Notes under the pieces: model-generated | What the model was told of the DNA's origin: nothing | Seen by the model: the letters and a program-made list of their open reading frames with translations, nothing else | Databases searched by the model: none | Shown here: piece after piece, positions 1-13,710 of the stretch | Layout: each line of letters opens with the position of its first letter | How positions within the stretch are numbered: position 1 is the first letter of the stretch | NCBI GenBank assembly: GCA_964016885.1 | Contig: OZ024747.1 | Location: 86,862,001 to 86,926,000, forward strand | From: Eledone cirrhosa | Taxonomy: Eukaryota | Direction: 5' to 3' | DNA length: 64,000 bases | Position numbers and translations under genes: made by a program

Positions 1-224
1 ACATATGGGACGTAATTATTGCGCAGTGACCTTCTTAAGCTGCGTCCACATTGTCATAATAAATATGTAAATGTCGCCGAAAATTTAGAAGAAAATCAGA
101 ACCATCTTTATTTAGATTCAAAACATAAAGAAACGAGGGAAAATATCGTAAACATCTTGTCTGCTCCATTTTATCCACCTGGACTGGATGAAATGATTTG
201 CACCTGTAATTCAAGGAACTAGTC

Positions 225-485
225 TTGACACAGACTGTCACATTTATTTTCACCGAGAACTAAGTTAAGGGTACACTTGTTTGTGGAATGCTCAGCCACT
301 TGCACCTTAATTTTACGAGCAAGCTGTCTTTCCTGTGTTCTAACAACTGGATTACGCACTGTCGTTACCGGCTGTTCACCGAGAACTAAGTTAAGGGTAC
401 ACTTGTCTGTGGAATGCTCAGCCACTTGCACCTTAATTTCCTGTGTTCTAACAACTGGAATACGCACTGTCGTCACCGACTGAGC
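225..485 (+). mobile_element. 3' body of CORE-type SINE, tandemly duplicated (units ~250-375 and ~377-480)
   Basis: Two copies of CCGAGAACTAAGTTAAGGGTACACTTGT...CTGTCGTYACCG; similar to the reverse complement of 14670-14790, which is attached to a CORE-like domain. Confidence 0.6.
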
Positions 486-957
486 AACGGTACACATGTC
501 ATACATGACCTGCTTTCTCCAACAAGTATTTATTGGAGAAAATGTAATTGTCAATTTCGAAGTCTAATTCCCATCTGTCCCAAATGATTCTTTAATAATA
601 GAAACAAATATTTTGATGATATTTTGGTACATCTTTCGGATTTTCGTTTTGATTATTATTTTGTTGCAGTAAAAAGAGATAATTTTAATTATCTTTATCT
701 TCTCTTAATAATGTCTGTCAGTTTCGATTTTTAGAAAAACGTTTAAAAGGAAATGTGGTAATCAACATCTAAAGACAGTAATAATTGTTGCAGATTCAAT
801 CATTGAAATATCATTGGGTTTCTCAATGTTTGCTAATTCATAGACACACTGGTACAGTCATTACCGGCTCCGCGCTTTCTACAACAAGGTAGACAACCCC
901 TATTTACTTCAATCGGGTGCTCTGTCCTCATATTGCATATCACGCTTTGTATATAAA

Positions 958-1078
958 TTCTTCTTCTTCTTCTTCTTCTTCTTCTTCTTCTTCTTCTTCT
1001 TCTTCTTCTTCTTCTTCTTCTTCTTCTTCTTCTTCTTCTTCTTCTCCTCCTCCTCCTCCTCCTCCTCCTCCTCCTCCT
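958..1078. repeat. (CTT)n/(CCT)n microsatellite, probably the 3' tail of the adjacent RTE LINE
   Basis: Direct reading; lies at the 3' end of a minus-strand LINE remnant. Confidence 0.95.
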
Positions 1079-1084
1079 TCGCAA

Positions 1085-1310
1085 CTATCTCCAATTGATC
1101 CGAGCTCATGAATGGTATCCAACCATCTTGCTCAGAGTCTAAACCTGGATCTCCAACCGGTTGGTTTTGCACGTATAATTGTCCAGTGATTCTTATCCTA
1201 GACATTCTGATCACATGTCCACAGTATTGAAGCTGTGAGGGGGCCAGACAAGATGATATTCTGGAAATGTGAGGCCAAACAATATGAGCTCAGTGTGATT
1301 AAACCCTAAT
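1085..1310 (-). mobile_element. RTE-clade LINE 3'-terminal remnant
   Basis: Minus strand encodes LQYCGHVIRM, like the RTE C-terminal LRWxGHVxRM motif, followed by a (GAG)n/(GAA)n tail. Confidence 0.55.
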
Positions 1311-1429
1311 CTACATGATTGTGTATCTTTCTTCTTATTGTATGGTGATGCATACCTTATTGATGTCAACTATATTGTTTACTCGTACTTTTTTCTCTTC
1401 AGAGTGGATGCAGTATATTCAAATGGTTA

Positions 1430-1560
1430 AGTGGTCACCTATCAATAATTAGGCCTCATATTCATTCCCACTGCGTGGCATCTTTGACAAGTGTCTTTTA
1501 CCATTGCTTCAGATTCACCCAGAGTGGAATGGGGTCAAACGGAAACTGTTTGGAAGGATT
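1430..1560 (+). mobile_element. Diverged CORE-type SINE fragment
   Basis: TTCATTCCCACTGCGTGGCATCTTTGACAAGTGTCTT...ACGGAAACTG; same family as the SINE interrupted at 33390-33792. Confidence 0.55.
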
Positions 1561-2809
1561 TCATAGGATTGTACCTTTAATTCAAATAGCCAGCCTTTTC
1601 CCAAATAAACATGTCATGCTTATTTATTCTGAGGTACACGTTATGTGTACAAATATCAGTACAGCCACTTACACGTTTATTCCACGAGTAGGCACCTGGG
1701 ATCAACACCAATCCCACTATACGATGTAGTATTTCGTCATATTCAGGTAATGTTTTTGCTACCTATTATCCAGTTACAATTACTAAAACCGAGAAGAGCT
1801 CACGTCAACCTTGCTACATCCATCTAATCAAATCTAATGTTCGAGTATATTAGCGTGAGAATATCATTATTAATCTAATTTGATGAAATCAAGCACTACT
1901 GCAGCGTTAACTGTTCTCCAGTCATTTCGTGACAAATTGACACCCGAATGTGGTGACAACAATTACTTTGAAGCAACCCTGACAAGATATCCTTGTATAT
2001 TGTTGACGGCGCTTAAACTCATTTGGCCAGTGGGTTACTATATACATATGCCAGGACAGAACCTATGATGTTCATAGCTCCTTACTATCTGACTATACGG
2101 TTTCAAACTTGAACTATTTTGTTGTTGTACATGTTCTAAAAGAAGGTCCATATGTATCGGAATAATTTCATTTTATTGTTTCAATAGGGATTTCCTATAC
2201 TCTTTTCGCATGTTATGAAATGTTTTCTCCATATACCGATCTTAATAAAAAATGTGGATAATATATTAGCTTAAATATTGATTCTACACAGATGTGGATG
2301 TCGAATTATGTTCTAATATTAAATCAGTTTTGTTTTGATATGGGATTAGTTTTCTTGCGCCGAGAGGCATTTTAATGTTTCATCTGTAATGTATGATATG
2401 TGTGAGGTGAACTAAGTTATTTTCTCGGGTTTACTCTGTGATCAGCCTAATGTGTTTTAGTGCTGGTGATGATTATATAGAGTATGTTCTGTGTGGTTTC
2501 TGTTGTTACATTATTCTAGTAAGAATATGTAAAGATGAGCTCCAATATATATATATTAAAAAATCACAATTAATAATGATTCTATATTCCGTGATGTATG
2601 TTTTTTCAAAGCAAAAAGCAAATTAATCTTAAGAATTATTATACTCGAAAGTAATATACAAAGAGTGATTTCAGCAACATTACTCAATCATCTGGTCTTC
2701 ACTGATCTGCAAAGATTGACAAGTCTGTTAGCTGATATAATTGGGAGCTTCAATAAAATGGGATAAGTATTCCTGGGTGCGTATTCCTCTTCATTAATTT
2801 ACATCTGAA

Positions 2810-2996
2810 GCGGTGGATTGGCAGTATCGGTAGAGGGTCGGACGCCATGCTTTCCAGCATAGTTACGTCCCTTTACGATCTGAGTTCAAATCCCGCCGAG
2901 GTTGACTTTGCCTTTCATCCTTACGGGGTCGATAAAATAAAGTACCAGTAATGCACTGGGTAATTGCTGGCCTTGTGCCTAAAGTAGAAACAATTA
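2810..2996 (+). mobile_element. Full-length tRNA-derived SINE (main family, Meta/MESC-like central domain)
   Basis: A-box TGGCAGTATCGG, B-box GAGTTCAAATCC, central GCCTTTCATCCTTACGGGGTCGATAAAATAAAGTACCAG; TSD ATTAATTTACATCTGAAG at 2793-2810 and 2993-3010. Confidence 0.93.
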
Positions 2997-3544
2997 ATTT
3001 ACATCTGAAGCAAATAGCTTACACCAATTATCTAATATATATTAACAGTAGGGAGCATATCATAAAAACACACCAGAAGCATTCTATGAGATGAAACAAC
3101 ATGGGAGTCTAATTAAATATATACGCGAACGAGCCACAACAACAACAACAACAGAGTAATGCGTCCAAAATGAGAAATTGAAAATGCATAGCTTGATAAA
3201 TTGTCTAAAGATATTTGGCATGTTTCCTCAATATTTTCAATCTGGAGAGATCGAATATGTTTGCCATCACTGATAAAATAATTTACTGTGATAAGAATGA
3301 AACTTGGTCTGGTCGTTTTAATAAGTGATAAATCGGGGTTTGTGGAATTTGTGATAGAATGAAGTAGCTAATTGACATGCCATGTCAATGCCATGGACCA
3401 TTACTCCTGATGGACTTGTAGGTATACCATCGTAACAAGGTTAGTCTCAGGGATTTAAATGAGGTGGGGCCCCTCTCACAACAGGTCGAAACACAGCCGA
3501 TTACTTCTAGAGAAAGTGAAAAAGGGAAGAATAATCGATACCTG

Positions 3545-3690
3545 TACTGGTAACTTATTTATTGACCACGAAGTGATGAAGGCAAAATTGATCTCGGCGG
3601 AATTTGAAATCAAAACGCAGAGAATCAGAACGATTGTCACAAAGCATTTTACCGGACATTCTAAGGACTGCTTGCGTAGTATTTAATATT
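3545..3690 (-). mobile_element. Old diverged copy of the main SINE
   Basis: GTACTGGTAACTTATTTATTGACC...GATGAAGGCAAAATTGATCTCGGCGGAATTTGAA matches the reverse complement of the SINE body. Confidence 0.65.
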
Positions 3691-4179
3691 ATAAATTAGC
3701 TGCAAATTTCTGTTCTACACTCATGTTTCTTTTTCAAAAGTACATTGCAAGAGAGTGAGGTATGTAACATATTTAGCTAACTATTGTCAATAAAATAGCT
3801 TAATACGATTTTCAGCTACCTCTGTGATGTTTTATCTGTGTTTAGTAATGAAAAGAAATATTGAAGAAAGTATGTGAGACCCAATGTTCCAGATAATAAT
3901 CCAATTAAATCACTGAAGGAATTGATGGATATAGATGTGTTGAGGAAAAGTACAAAATATGAGAGATTGCTTAATTAAAACCACACTGAATATTTCAGAA
4001 TTATTATAGGGAAGACAAACAAGAAAGTATATAGCGGCAATAACAGAACATAATAATATAAAAAAACTAGATAGTCGAATTTCCATATTCTGAATAAATG
4101 AAGTACAAAGATATTTGTGTAAGATAACAAAAATAACTAAATGAGAAGAAACGTGATCGGCGCCGTGTTTCATTTCTAT

Positions 4180-4404
4180 GTATGTGTGTATGTATGTGTA
4201 TACGTACGTACATATGTATATACGAATGTATGTATGTACGTGTGTGCGTACGTACGTATGTATGCACGAATGTATATGTACGCACATACATATACATATA
4301 TATATATATATATATTTATAAGATATATATATAAAAATATATATATATATATATAAATATATATATATTCATAAATATATATATATATATGTGTGTATGT
4401 GTGA

Positions 4405-4490
<86 letters not shown>

Positions 4491-4498
4491 ATGTGTGA

Positions 4499-4559
<61 letters not shown>

Positions 4560-4572
4560 ATACTATATATAT
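4180..4572. repeat. Compound (TA)n/(TATG)n microsatellite
   Basis: Direct reading. Confidence 0.95.
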
Positions 4573-4850
4573 GACCCAATATGAATATTTGTAATAGCAA
4601 TAAAAAAAAATCATATTGATTTGCTGAATTATCTGCCGAAAGGATTTGTCTTTCAGATTAGATCAAAGAGGTTTATATCCATACTTAAAACTAATGTCTT
4701 CATATAAACCAATATGAGAAAACAACGAAGCTAAAAAGAAAATATAAAGATAAAAAACATTCCACCTAAACAATCGACTATGTTTTTCCTATCTCAGCAT
4801 ATATCTAATAATATCAAATATGTTTATACACAGTTACAAATATATATATA

Positions 4851-5100
<250 letters not shown>

Positions 5101-5124
5101 TTATATATATATATATATATATAT

Positions 5125-5269
5125 AACAAAGAAAGTGTGGTAAGGAACCAGGTGGACCATAACGCACCAGAGTACTCGATACTTAGGGCAGTAGAGTGAG
5201 TAATAGGAAAAGAGTCAGGACCCCGACAGCTGAGCTCCGGCCGTTTTGACAGCTAGATGTCCGGACCAG

Positions 5270-5270
<1 letters not shown>
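5125..5270 (-). mobile_element. Family X short PLE-like terminus within (TA)n
   Basis: GTGTGGTAAGGAACCAGGTGGACCATAACGCACCAGAGTACTCG...CCCCGACAGCTGAGCTCCGGCCG; related pieces occur four times in the window. Confidence 0.75.
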
Positions 5271-5366
<96 letters not shown>

Positions 5367-5368
5367 AT

Positions 5369-6122
<754 letters not shown>

Positions 6123-6300
6123 TATGTGATTTAGTGAATTACTGGCGGCGGTACCAAAGTAAGCACTCGATATACAGAATACATTTATAGAGGAAAGCAA
6201 TGGAGTTTCCTTTACCTGTTGTTGGTTCCTTATTGTGTATCGACCTGTTACACGCCGTTTCGGAGATGATTGGCTAAAGATTGCCCATAGAACATATGGA

Positions 6301-6380
6301 CATGACTCCATTATCGATCTGTTAATTTGACTGGTGATTCGAATCGCCAGTCTAATGAGCAGATGGATAATGGAGACGTG
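6301..6380 (+). other. 80-nt symmetric imperfect hairpin
   Basis: CTCCATTATC/GATAATGGAG, ATCTG/CAGAT and GACTGGTGAT/ATCGCCAGTC pair in register around a TCGA loop. Confidence 0.7.
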
Positions 6381-6567
6381 CCAATAGTATAGTTATATAG
6401 TTTCGTGACTAAGGCAATATATAAGAACATTGTCAGTAAATATCTAAAGTATTAAAGTATGCAAATTACCTTCTCTTAAGTTGCCTCATGTTGACTAAAA
6501 CATATACAAACACACCCACACACTCAAAATACACATACAAGGAAACAGAAAAACCCTTACTAATGTC

Positions 6568-6695
<128 letters not shown>

Positions 6696-6869
6696 ATTAT
6701 TTATTTATTTGTATACACGCATACACACACATATTTATATGTGCGTGGTTTTGTATACCTATGGTAAATGTTTTGCGTATGCTTGTGTTTGTACGTATTT
6801 GTTTGCGTGTATGTATTTATTTATTTACTTCTGTATTGTATTTATTTACTTTGTTCTTAACTCTGTAGC

Positions 6870-7403
6870 GGAGATTCATTCGTCTCCTAGTTAGAATTTT
6901 AGTCTACGACTTTTGCTATACCATTTACGTGGTTTTGTCTTTGCGTGCTATTGTTCTCCACGGTCCACATATGACGTATTATCTTCGTTTTTTTCGTTCA
7001 TTGCCAGAGAACGTCTCTATGTACCACCTAAGAGAACATTAGTCTACGACCTCTTTTATACCATAAACGTGGTTCTGTCTTTGGCGTAATTGTTTTTCAC
7101 CGCTCCTATTAATGACGTATTATATTCGTTTTTTCCCGTTCTTTGCCAGCGAACGTTTCCACGAACCAAAGTACCGTCTTCCTGTCTTCCTCTGGTTGCA
7201 ACGTTTTTTGAAATATCCAGTTCTGCGTTTACAGATTGACTTTGTTAGTTTCAGAAGATCCCGTTAAGGGTGAAAGCAGCGATTCTTTGCTTAAACTTTA
7301 ATCTGTTATTTTAATAAATATTTGCTCTACGGTTCTTATATATTTGATATATAATTATCCTTATCGAGCCCTCTTTGGATTTTAGTCTTCAAATTTATTA
7401 TTA

Positions 7404-7410
<7 letters not shown>
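6870..7410 (+). mobile_element. Family R PLE-like terminal repeat with two ~140-bp internal tandem units, ending at (TA)n
   Basis: TTAGTCTACGAC starts units near 6899 and 7039; 7111-7410 is nearly identical to 39300-39592. Confidence 0.75.
7247..7297 (+). ncRNA. Hammerhead ribozyme-like motif, U4A variant (second copy 39437-39487)
   Basis: AGTTT-CAGAAGA-TCCC GTTAA GGGT-GAAA-GCA..TGC-TT-AAACT. Confidence 0.55.
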
Positions 7411-7443
<33 letters not shown>

Positions 7444-7446
<3 letters not shown>

Positions 7447-7549
7447 GGTGACCCACAAAAATCTATACACACTTCAACAATATTTTAATAAATATTGCCT
7501 GTACAGGTCATCAAAGTGTGTATACATTTTTTGTGGGGAGGACACCTTG
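7444..7549 (+). mobile_element. Tc1/mariner-type MITE (~105 bp)
   Basis: TA-CAGGGTG...CACCTTG-TA, subterminal TATACACACTT/AAGTGTGTATA inverted repeat; homolog at 51934-52031. Confidence 0.8.
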
Positions 7550-7789
7550 TATATGCTATCAAAGAATAAAAACAAGGATGTCATCAGGTCTAGACAACAT
7601 CCCATTGCAGCTCATCCAATATGGTGGCCAATCTTTAAAAAGAAGTCTAGTCAAATACATCCTGAGAATAATCACAAAATGTTCTTATCATTACAGTCTG
7701 TAAGAAAGGAGATCGCAGCATTTGTGGGAGCTAGTGGGGTGGGGGTGCATATTTCTCCTCTCTAATCTAGGGAAAATCTTTGCCAGATT

Positions 7790-8320
7790 CCGTGTATGAA
7801 GGGGAACAATTAACCTTATCGTTCGTGCAGGACGCCCGCATGAAAAATGCAGAGAACAATGGATACCTTTCTCGCATGTCTTCCATTATCTCGAAAAGGT
7901 TTTCGACATCGTACAAAACACATGCTATGTGGATGGCACTGAAACGATTCAGCTGACCTGATCGTTTAGTGACACTCAACGCTGGCACTCGACAACGGCC
8001 TGGTAGGAGAGATGACATATCAAAAGAACAAGATTTCCTGATCTTGCAGCCATGTTTAATAAAACTCCAAATATCAACCGTGGTGTTAGTGGTCATGTAA
8101 CGGTTTTATGGAGGATACTACAATCTGTCCTGATTCCGATTACAAAGAATCACCGAAGGGTACCACATCACTGAACTACAATACGCCGAAGGCAATACCA
8201 CGCCGGGTCATTCACCTGAAGAAATGCTAGAATCTGTTGTCAAGTTCAAAAATTCTTCGGCCTAACAATCAACATTCTGAAAACAGAAATACTTGCACAA
8301 CCTGCTCTTAACTCAATCGT
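7790..8320 (+). mobile_element. RTE-BovB-like LINE reverse transcriptase remnant
   Basis: Frameshifted translation EKCREQ..F..LEKVFDIV, MWMALKRF..PDRLV, GLTINILKTEILAQP. Confidence 0.75.
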
Positions 8321-8324
8321 TCCA

Positions 8325-9150
8325 GCTAAGTTGTTTTATTCTCTGCCTCTCGGCTAAGTTGTTTTACTCTCTGCCTCTCGGCTAAGTTGTTTTGCATACT
8401 GCATTATTCTTCGTTACTTTTCTTTTTCAGCTAGAAAAAATAACTACTGATTTATTGTACACTTTTCTCCTTTTATTTGAATAATTTGTAGGAAAGATGC
8501 ACTATATCCTGTGTTATTTGTTCTATTGCTATCCGGGGAGGGAGCATGTTAGTAACTTTAACGAATTGAAACCATAAAATCTACTTTTCAAAATAACCAT
8601 ATCCAACACGTCACTGGAACACTTCGACCAGCTACAATAATCGAATGTATTTATGAACGTATACATAAATACACATAGTTATACACAAATTTAATATGAA
8701 TCAAATTTGAGGCAAACGCAACAAGACAAAAGAAAAATAATTGTTTCTACTTTTGGCACAAGGCCAGAAATTATATCAGTGCATTACTGGTACTTTATTT
8801 TATCAACCCTGTAAGGATGAAAGGCAAAGTTAACCTCGTCGGGATTTGAACTCAGACCATAAAGGGCTGTAAAAAATAATGACCATATCACTTCTCGCCA
8901 CCACTGTAGGTTTTATGGTTTCAATTCGTTAAAGTTACTAACATGCTCCCTCTCCGGATAGCAATAGAACAAATAACACAGGATATAGTGCATCTTTCCT
9001 ACAAATTATTCAAATAAAAGGAGAAAAGTGTACAATAAACCAGTAGTTATTTTTTCTAGCTGAAAAAGAAAAGTAACGAAGAACAATGCAGTATGCAAAA
9101 CAACTTAGCCGAGAGGCAGAGAGTAAAACAACTTAGCCGAGAGGCAGAGA
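8325..9150. repeat. ~245-bp inverted repeat pair (about 8340-8584 and 8906-9150) enclosing a spacer with a SINE
   Basis: CTCTGCCTCTCGGCTAAGTTGTTTT...GAAACCATAAAA is reverse-complemented at 8906-9150; 28-bp tandem unit at the outer ends. Confidence 0.9.
8738..8872 (-). mobile_element. 5'-truncated main-family SINE
   Basis: Reverse complement of the SINE body; AAAAATAAT on both sides. Confidence 0.9.
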
Positions 9151-11696
9151 GAAAAGTAGATTGTTCGGACGTTAATCCTCGGGCAAGACAGTAACACGAA
9201 ATGGATAACAAAGAAGCTAGCAGCAGAATGAGATGCGTGTATAGTCTAATTTTATACAGAAGTCAAAGATGATTGCGTGTGTAAATAAACATACTCACAC
9301 ACATACACACACATACACACACACATATATAAATATACACATATAGACATTTCCACATGAATATATATGCACATAAATAACTATGCATTCACGCGTACAA
9401 ACACATTCATCCACACATAAAAACACCGACATATATATATATTATTTTTCCAAACTCAAGAAAACGTTTATAGATAGCAGAGACAATGAAGAAGAGTTCC
9501 AGCTAGATCTTGTCAACAAAATCTCCATACAGTTTAAATACTCATGTCTCTGATATCTAAAAGAATAGAAATACACACAAAATCAGAAAGGGAGTCAAGC
9601 ATCTAATCAGACCCAGGAAACAATGTTTCTGTTGGTCTTTTCATTGATGGCAGAAGCAGGCGGCATTTGTAATATGAAAGCATAAAACTAGATCAGATAT
9701 TGTCAAGCCCATAAATTGTCCAGCCCAACTCTTTAATAACTCCACCCATCCGCCAGTATTAGGGTATAGAAACTTCTGATATTGTCGCGGTTCTTGTTGG
9801 TTCAGGATGAGGATAACCTACTTTACGATATAGTTTCGAGATTGTTTACTTTAAATGTTCGAAATGTTATGTATTGTTTTAGAAATACAAACTAACTGAT
9901 TTTCCAATTTAGCTACGTGACATTTTAGCCCTTACTTACAAAAACATTATCGTAATGAAACTGATTAGAATTTTAAACTTATGAAATTTGTTAGCTTAAT
10001 ATGATAATAAATTCGATTTGTTTTTTTTATAGCAAGCTTCCACATGAATATGACTTTTTTTTTTCAATCTCATTTATTTCTTCTATTTGAAATCAAGGAG
10101 GCTTCAGTATTCTTTAAAGAAGACAATATTTTATCAACATCAAATAATTAAACAAAATATTGAATTATTGTTGTTGAAGAATTATTTATAAGCTTGGAAA
10201 GGAAAACATAATGTAAAAATAAAACGGAAATTAAAATATTTTTTTCAGCTGTCATTTTTATTCGTGTCATACTTTTTCATTTGACCATAATCTTAAAACA
10301 TTAAAATCTTATTTTTATAAAGATCACATTTTCTGTCACTCTAATTATCTCTCTGCCAGACTCCCCTTCTCTCTCTTTCTCCCCCTCTCTCCCTCTCCCT
10401 CTCCTTCTCTTCCTTTTTCTCTGCTACACCTCCCCCATTCTCTTTTATTTTCACAAACTTTCTCCTCGTAATTTGTCAAACATTGCAGAACACATTTTTT
10501 TAAGTTTTCATAAACACTCTATTTTCATTTTTATTCATCACATTATTTAATTTCATATTTTGAAAATCGTTAGAATCGATTATAAATCTAAAGCAAATAA
10601 ATAGCATAATATCAAAGTGTAAATTGTCTTTGCCGATTAGATGGACGAATTCTGTAACTATTGTTGAAATATCGGTATAATCCATAAGTATCGAATTTTT
10701 AATAGGGCTCATTAAAGTAGGAGAACGACACTTGGTTAGTTGTGCTGTAGAGTATTACTGGTATTTGTGTTATCGGCCACACAAGAATGAACGTCAAAAA
10801 CAATTACTAAATATGTGTCACAAATATGTGTCGCCAGTTGAATATACCGAAAATGATTCATTTCTTCAGTCGTCTATACTAAGGCAATGAAATGGCAGAG
10901 TCGATAGAGCGTCGGGTTAAATACTGAGTTCTGGCACAATACGCTCCCAGTAAAAGTCTAGTTCAGCTCAACCTTGCCTTTCATATTTTCAAGGTTGATA
11001 AATAATTTAATAGTGAAGCAGGGCAGAGGGTTGACACAATTGTTAAAACGTCGGACGTGATGGTTTGTGGTATATGATCCGGCGTTGAACGTCCTGTGTT
11101 CAAATCCTGTCTCCACCTTCCAGCAGTTGAGATATGCCGATAATATCAGCAATGGTAAAAACTGATAGAAATATAGTTTCCTTGGTTTGGTTTATCGACC
11201 TACGCCTTTCTTTTTGTAATAAGTAAAATCACACAAAATCAATATCTAATTGGTCTGCAATTGAATTGTATATGCATGGAAATCAGTGATAAAAGCTACT
11301 GCTCAGTAAAACAATTATTGCTTGCTTCTTATCTATTACTTAATACTAATCTCATAATTCAATTCCCACCATTTCACTCATAATTTCGAGCTGATTAAGT
11401 AAAGTATCAGTCCAGGGTGGATGGTAGATCGGGAGAATTGTGAAACAGTCTAACATGATGCCCTGCAGTAACTGATCCATTTCTATGCGTTGTAAGCTCA
11501 AATCCTACCTCGTCTGATAATACCAGCAATGAAAGTAACAACAGAATGATTGTTTCCTATGTATCTGAGCATCGGATCCTTTCCTGTACATAATTAAGTG
11601 ATGGTTTTGATATATGCCTGTGTCAATGCTGTATATTTACAAATTGTACACCAAAATCAAAGTATTTGAGTATTGCCATTATATTTGACATTATAG

Positions 11697-11779
11697 AAAC
11701 AGTTTTACTGGCTGATTAGTTTACCGAATCAATATGTCCGTGTTGATTCGGTAAACTAATCAGCCAGTGAAACTGTCTC
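11697..11779. repeat. Near-perfect palindrome with ~40-bp arms
   Basis: ACTGGCTGATTAGTTTACCGAATCAA / TTGATTCGGTAAACTAATCAGCCAGT. Confidence 0.9.
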
Positions 11780-12799
11780 TTTTCTAAAACATTCTACACC
11801 TTCTCTAGAAAGTTAATGAACTAAGGACCAACAGAAGAAGATATCTATCCTAATTTCTCTTTGTAGACGTGCTTTCACCAGACCGAGAGTTTAGTAAAAC
11901 CCTTAAGTTTCATGAAAAAGCACCATGCATAGGTTCTATTTTACAAGAATATCTCTAAAATAAACTAGGCTTATTTCATATTAGTAGATTCTTCTGTTGA
12001 TCTTTCATTTTAAAGTACTTTTTTCTTTCTCCATAAATGATCGAAATGCTGCAATATTGATAAATATCCATTTCGATAATTGTATATAGTATATTGATGT
12101 GTTCAAAAACTAAAATTCTTAAATTCAGAAATAGAATCCAGTGTTTAATGTGTTTCTCTAAAAATATAAATACGTTAAAACAACACTAAGTACTGTCAGC
12201 GTTCATACAAAAATAAATAAATAGATAAATGAATAGATAAAAAAAAAATAAAAGTAAGACCAAGATCTGTGGTTCACAATCTTATTTTATCATGGAACTC
12301 TCATATGATTTATTTTACCGACTATTCTCAGTGAAGACCGGCTCAAGACTGGATATTTATCAATAATAATTACATACGAAGCTTAACTTAGTTGTAGGAG
12401 GCTGCACAAATTGCTCGTTTATTTATAATCACGTTGCATAGGGATATAGACAAGAGATATCATTGAACATACATTCTGAATCATTGGTCTTTGGTTTAAT
12501 TGAATAATTCGATTTTCTTTATTAGAGAATGCAAGTAGAAGAATAGACATCTATAATAGCACACAGCAACAGCAGCCAAACAACAACAACAGCAACAACA
12601 TATATATATAGGTCAATAAATAACTATTCGAGAAAATATATTTATCTGTGAGTTTATTTGTAGTAATAAATTGTGTATCGTTGAATCTAAATACTTCTGC
12701 CCGTGTCTCTAAATTGCCTAGATACTTACATATTAATTACACTACCAGGCTATTTTACTGTTCGACCAACCCGAACGCTCGAAGTCGGAAGTCCAACAG

Positions 12800-12906
12800 T
12801 CCCGCCAAGGTTAACTTTGCCTTTCATCCTTACGGGGTCGATAAAATAAAGTACCAGTAATACACTGATTTAATTGCTGGCCTTGTGCCAAAATTAGAAA
12901 CAATTA
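12800..12906 (+). mobile_element. 5'-truncated main-family SINE
   Basis: Match to the 3' half of 2810-2996. Confidence 0.9.
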
Positions 12907-13627
12907 TTTTTCTAGTTAGTGTTATCGTTGTTTGTTATAGTTTTTAATGAGGATGTTGTCAGTATGTTGTTGCTGTTATCGCACGTAACTCTTACGATTC
13001 ATTTTGCTACTGTTGTTGTTGCTGTTGGTACTGCTGCTGTTGTTATATCTGTCGTTACTGGTGTTGTTTTTGTTGTCGCACATTACTCTTATTTCTCTTT
13101 TGTTATAGTTGTTGCTCTTATAGTGGTGGTGTGTGTTACGATTACTTTTTCTGATACAGCTATTACCTTATATTACAATTATTCTTTTCGTTGTTATTGT
13201 TGTTGTTGATATTGTTTGTTATTGTAACTGTTTATGTTGTTCTTATTGGTGTTGTTTGTAAATCTGTTGTTTTTACCATTACCATTGTTGCTTTGTGCCA
13301 ATTTATGTTTTATCGTATGTGTTGGTATTAATACTTCAAATATTACTCTTCTTTCGCAGTTCATTTTGTTATTGTTGACGTTTGTGGGATATGATATTCT
13401 TGTTTTTGGTACTAATGTATCAGCAGGTGCTATTTCTGTTTATAGTCATTCTACCAAATTCTTGGAGAGTGTTTGGTGTTACGCGTTGAGCCCCGCAGCT
13501 TCGAATTCCCCCACGAAGTACAATAACAGCCCAAAGCAATATACCAAAAAAATCTCATGTTATTCAAAAGCAAATAATGTATTGCGGGTTTAAATCTACA
13601 TTAATCGAATAAAATTAAAATAAACTC

Positions 13628-13710
<83 letters not shown>

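Noticed and set aside
219-554. 111-aa ORF with internal repeat
   Set aside because: Antisense reading of a tandemly duplicated SINE body
2810-2900. tRNA gene (A and B boxes)
   Set aside because: SINE head; no cloverleaf; continues into the SINE body with TSDs
9630-9820. 58-codon stop-free frame on the minus strand after an AG
   Set aside because: No recognisable protein and a weak polypyrimidine tract; within chance expectation
12919-13593. Hydrophobic V/L-rich ORFs resembling membrane proteins
   Set aside because: Degenerate (GTT)n low-complexity sequence
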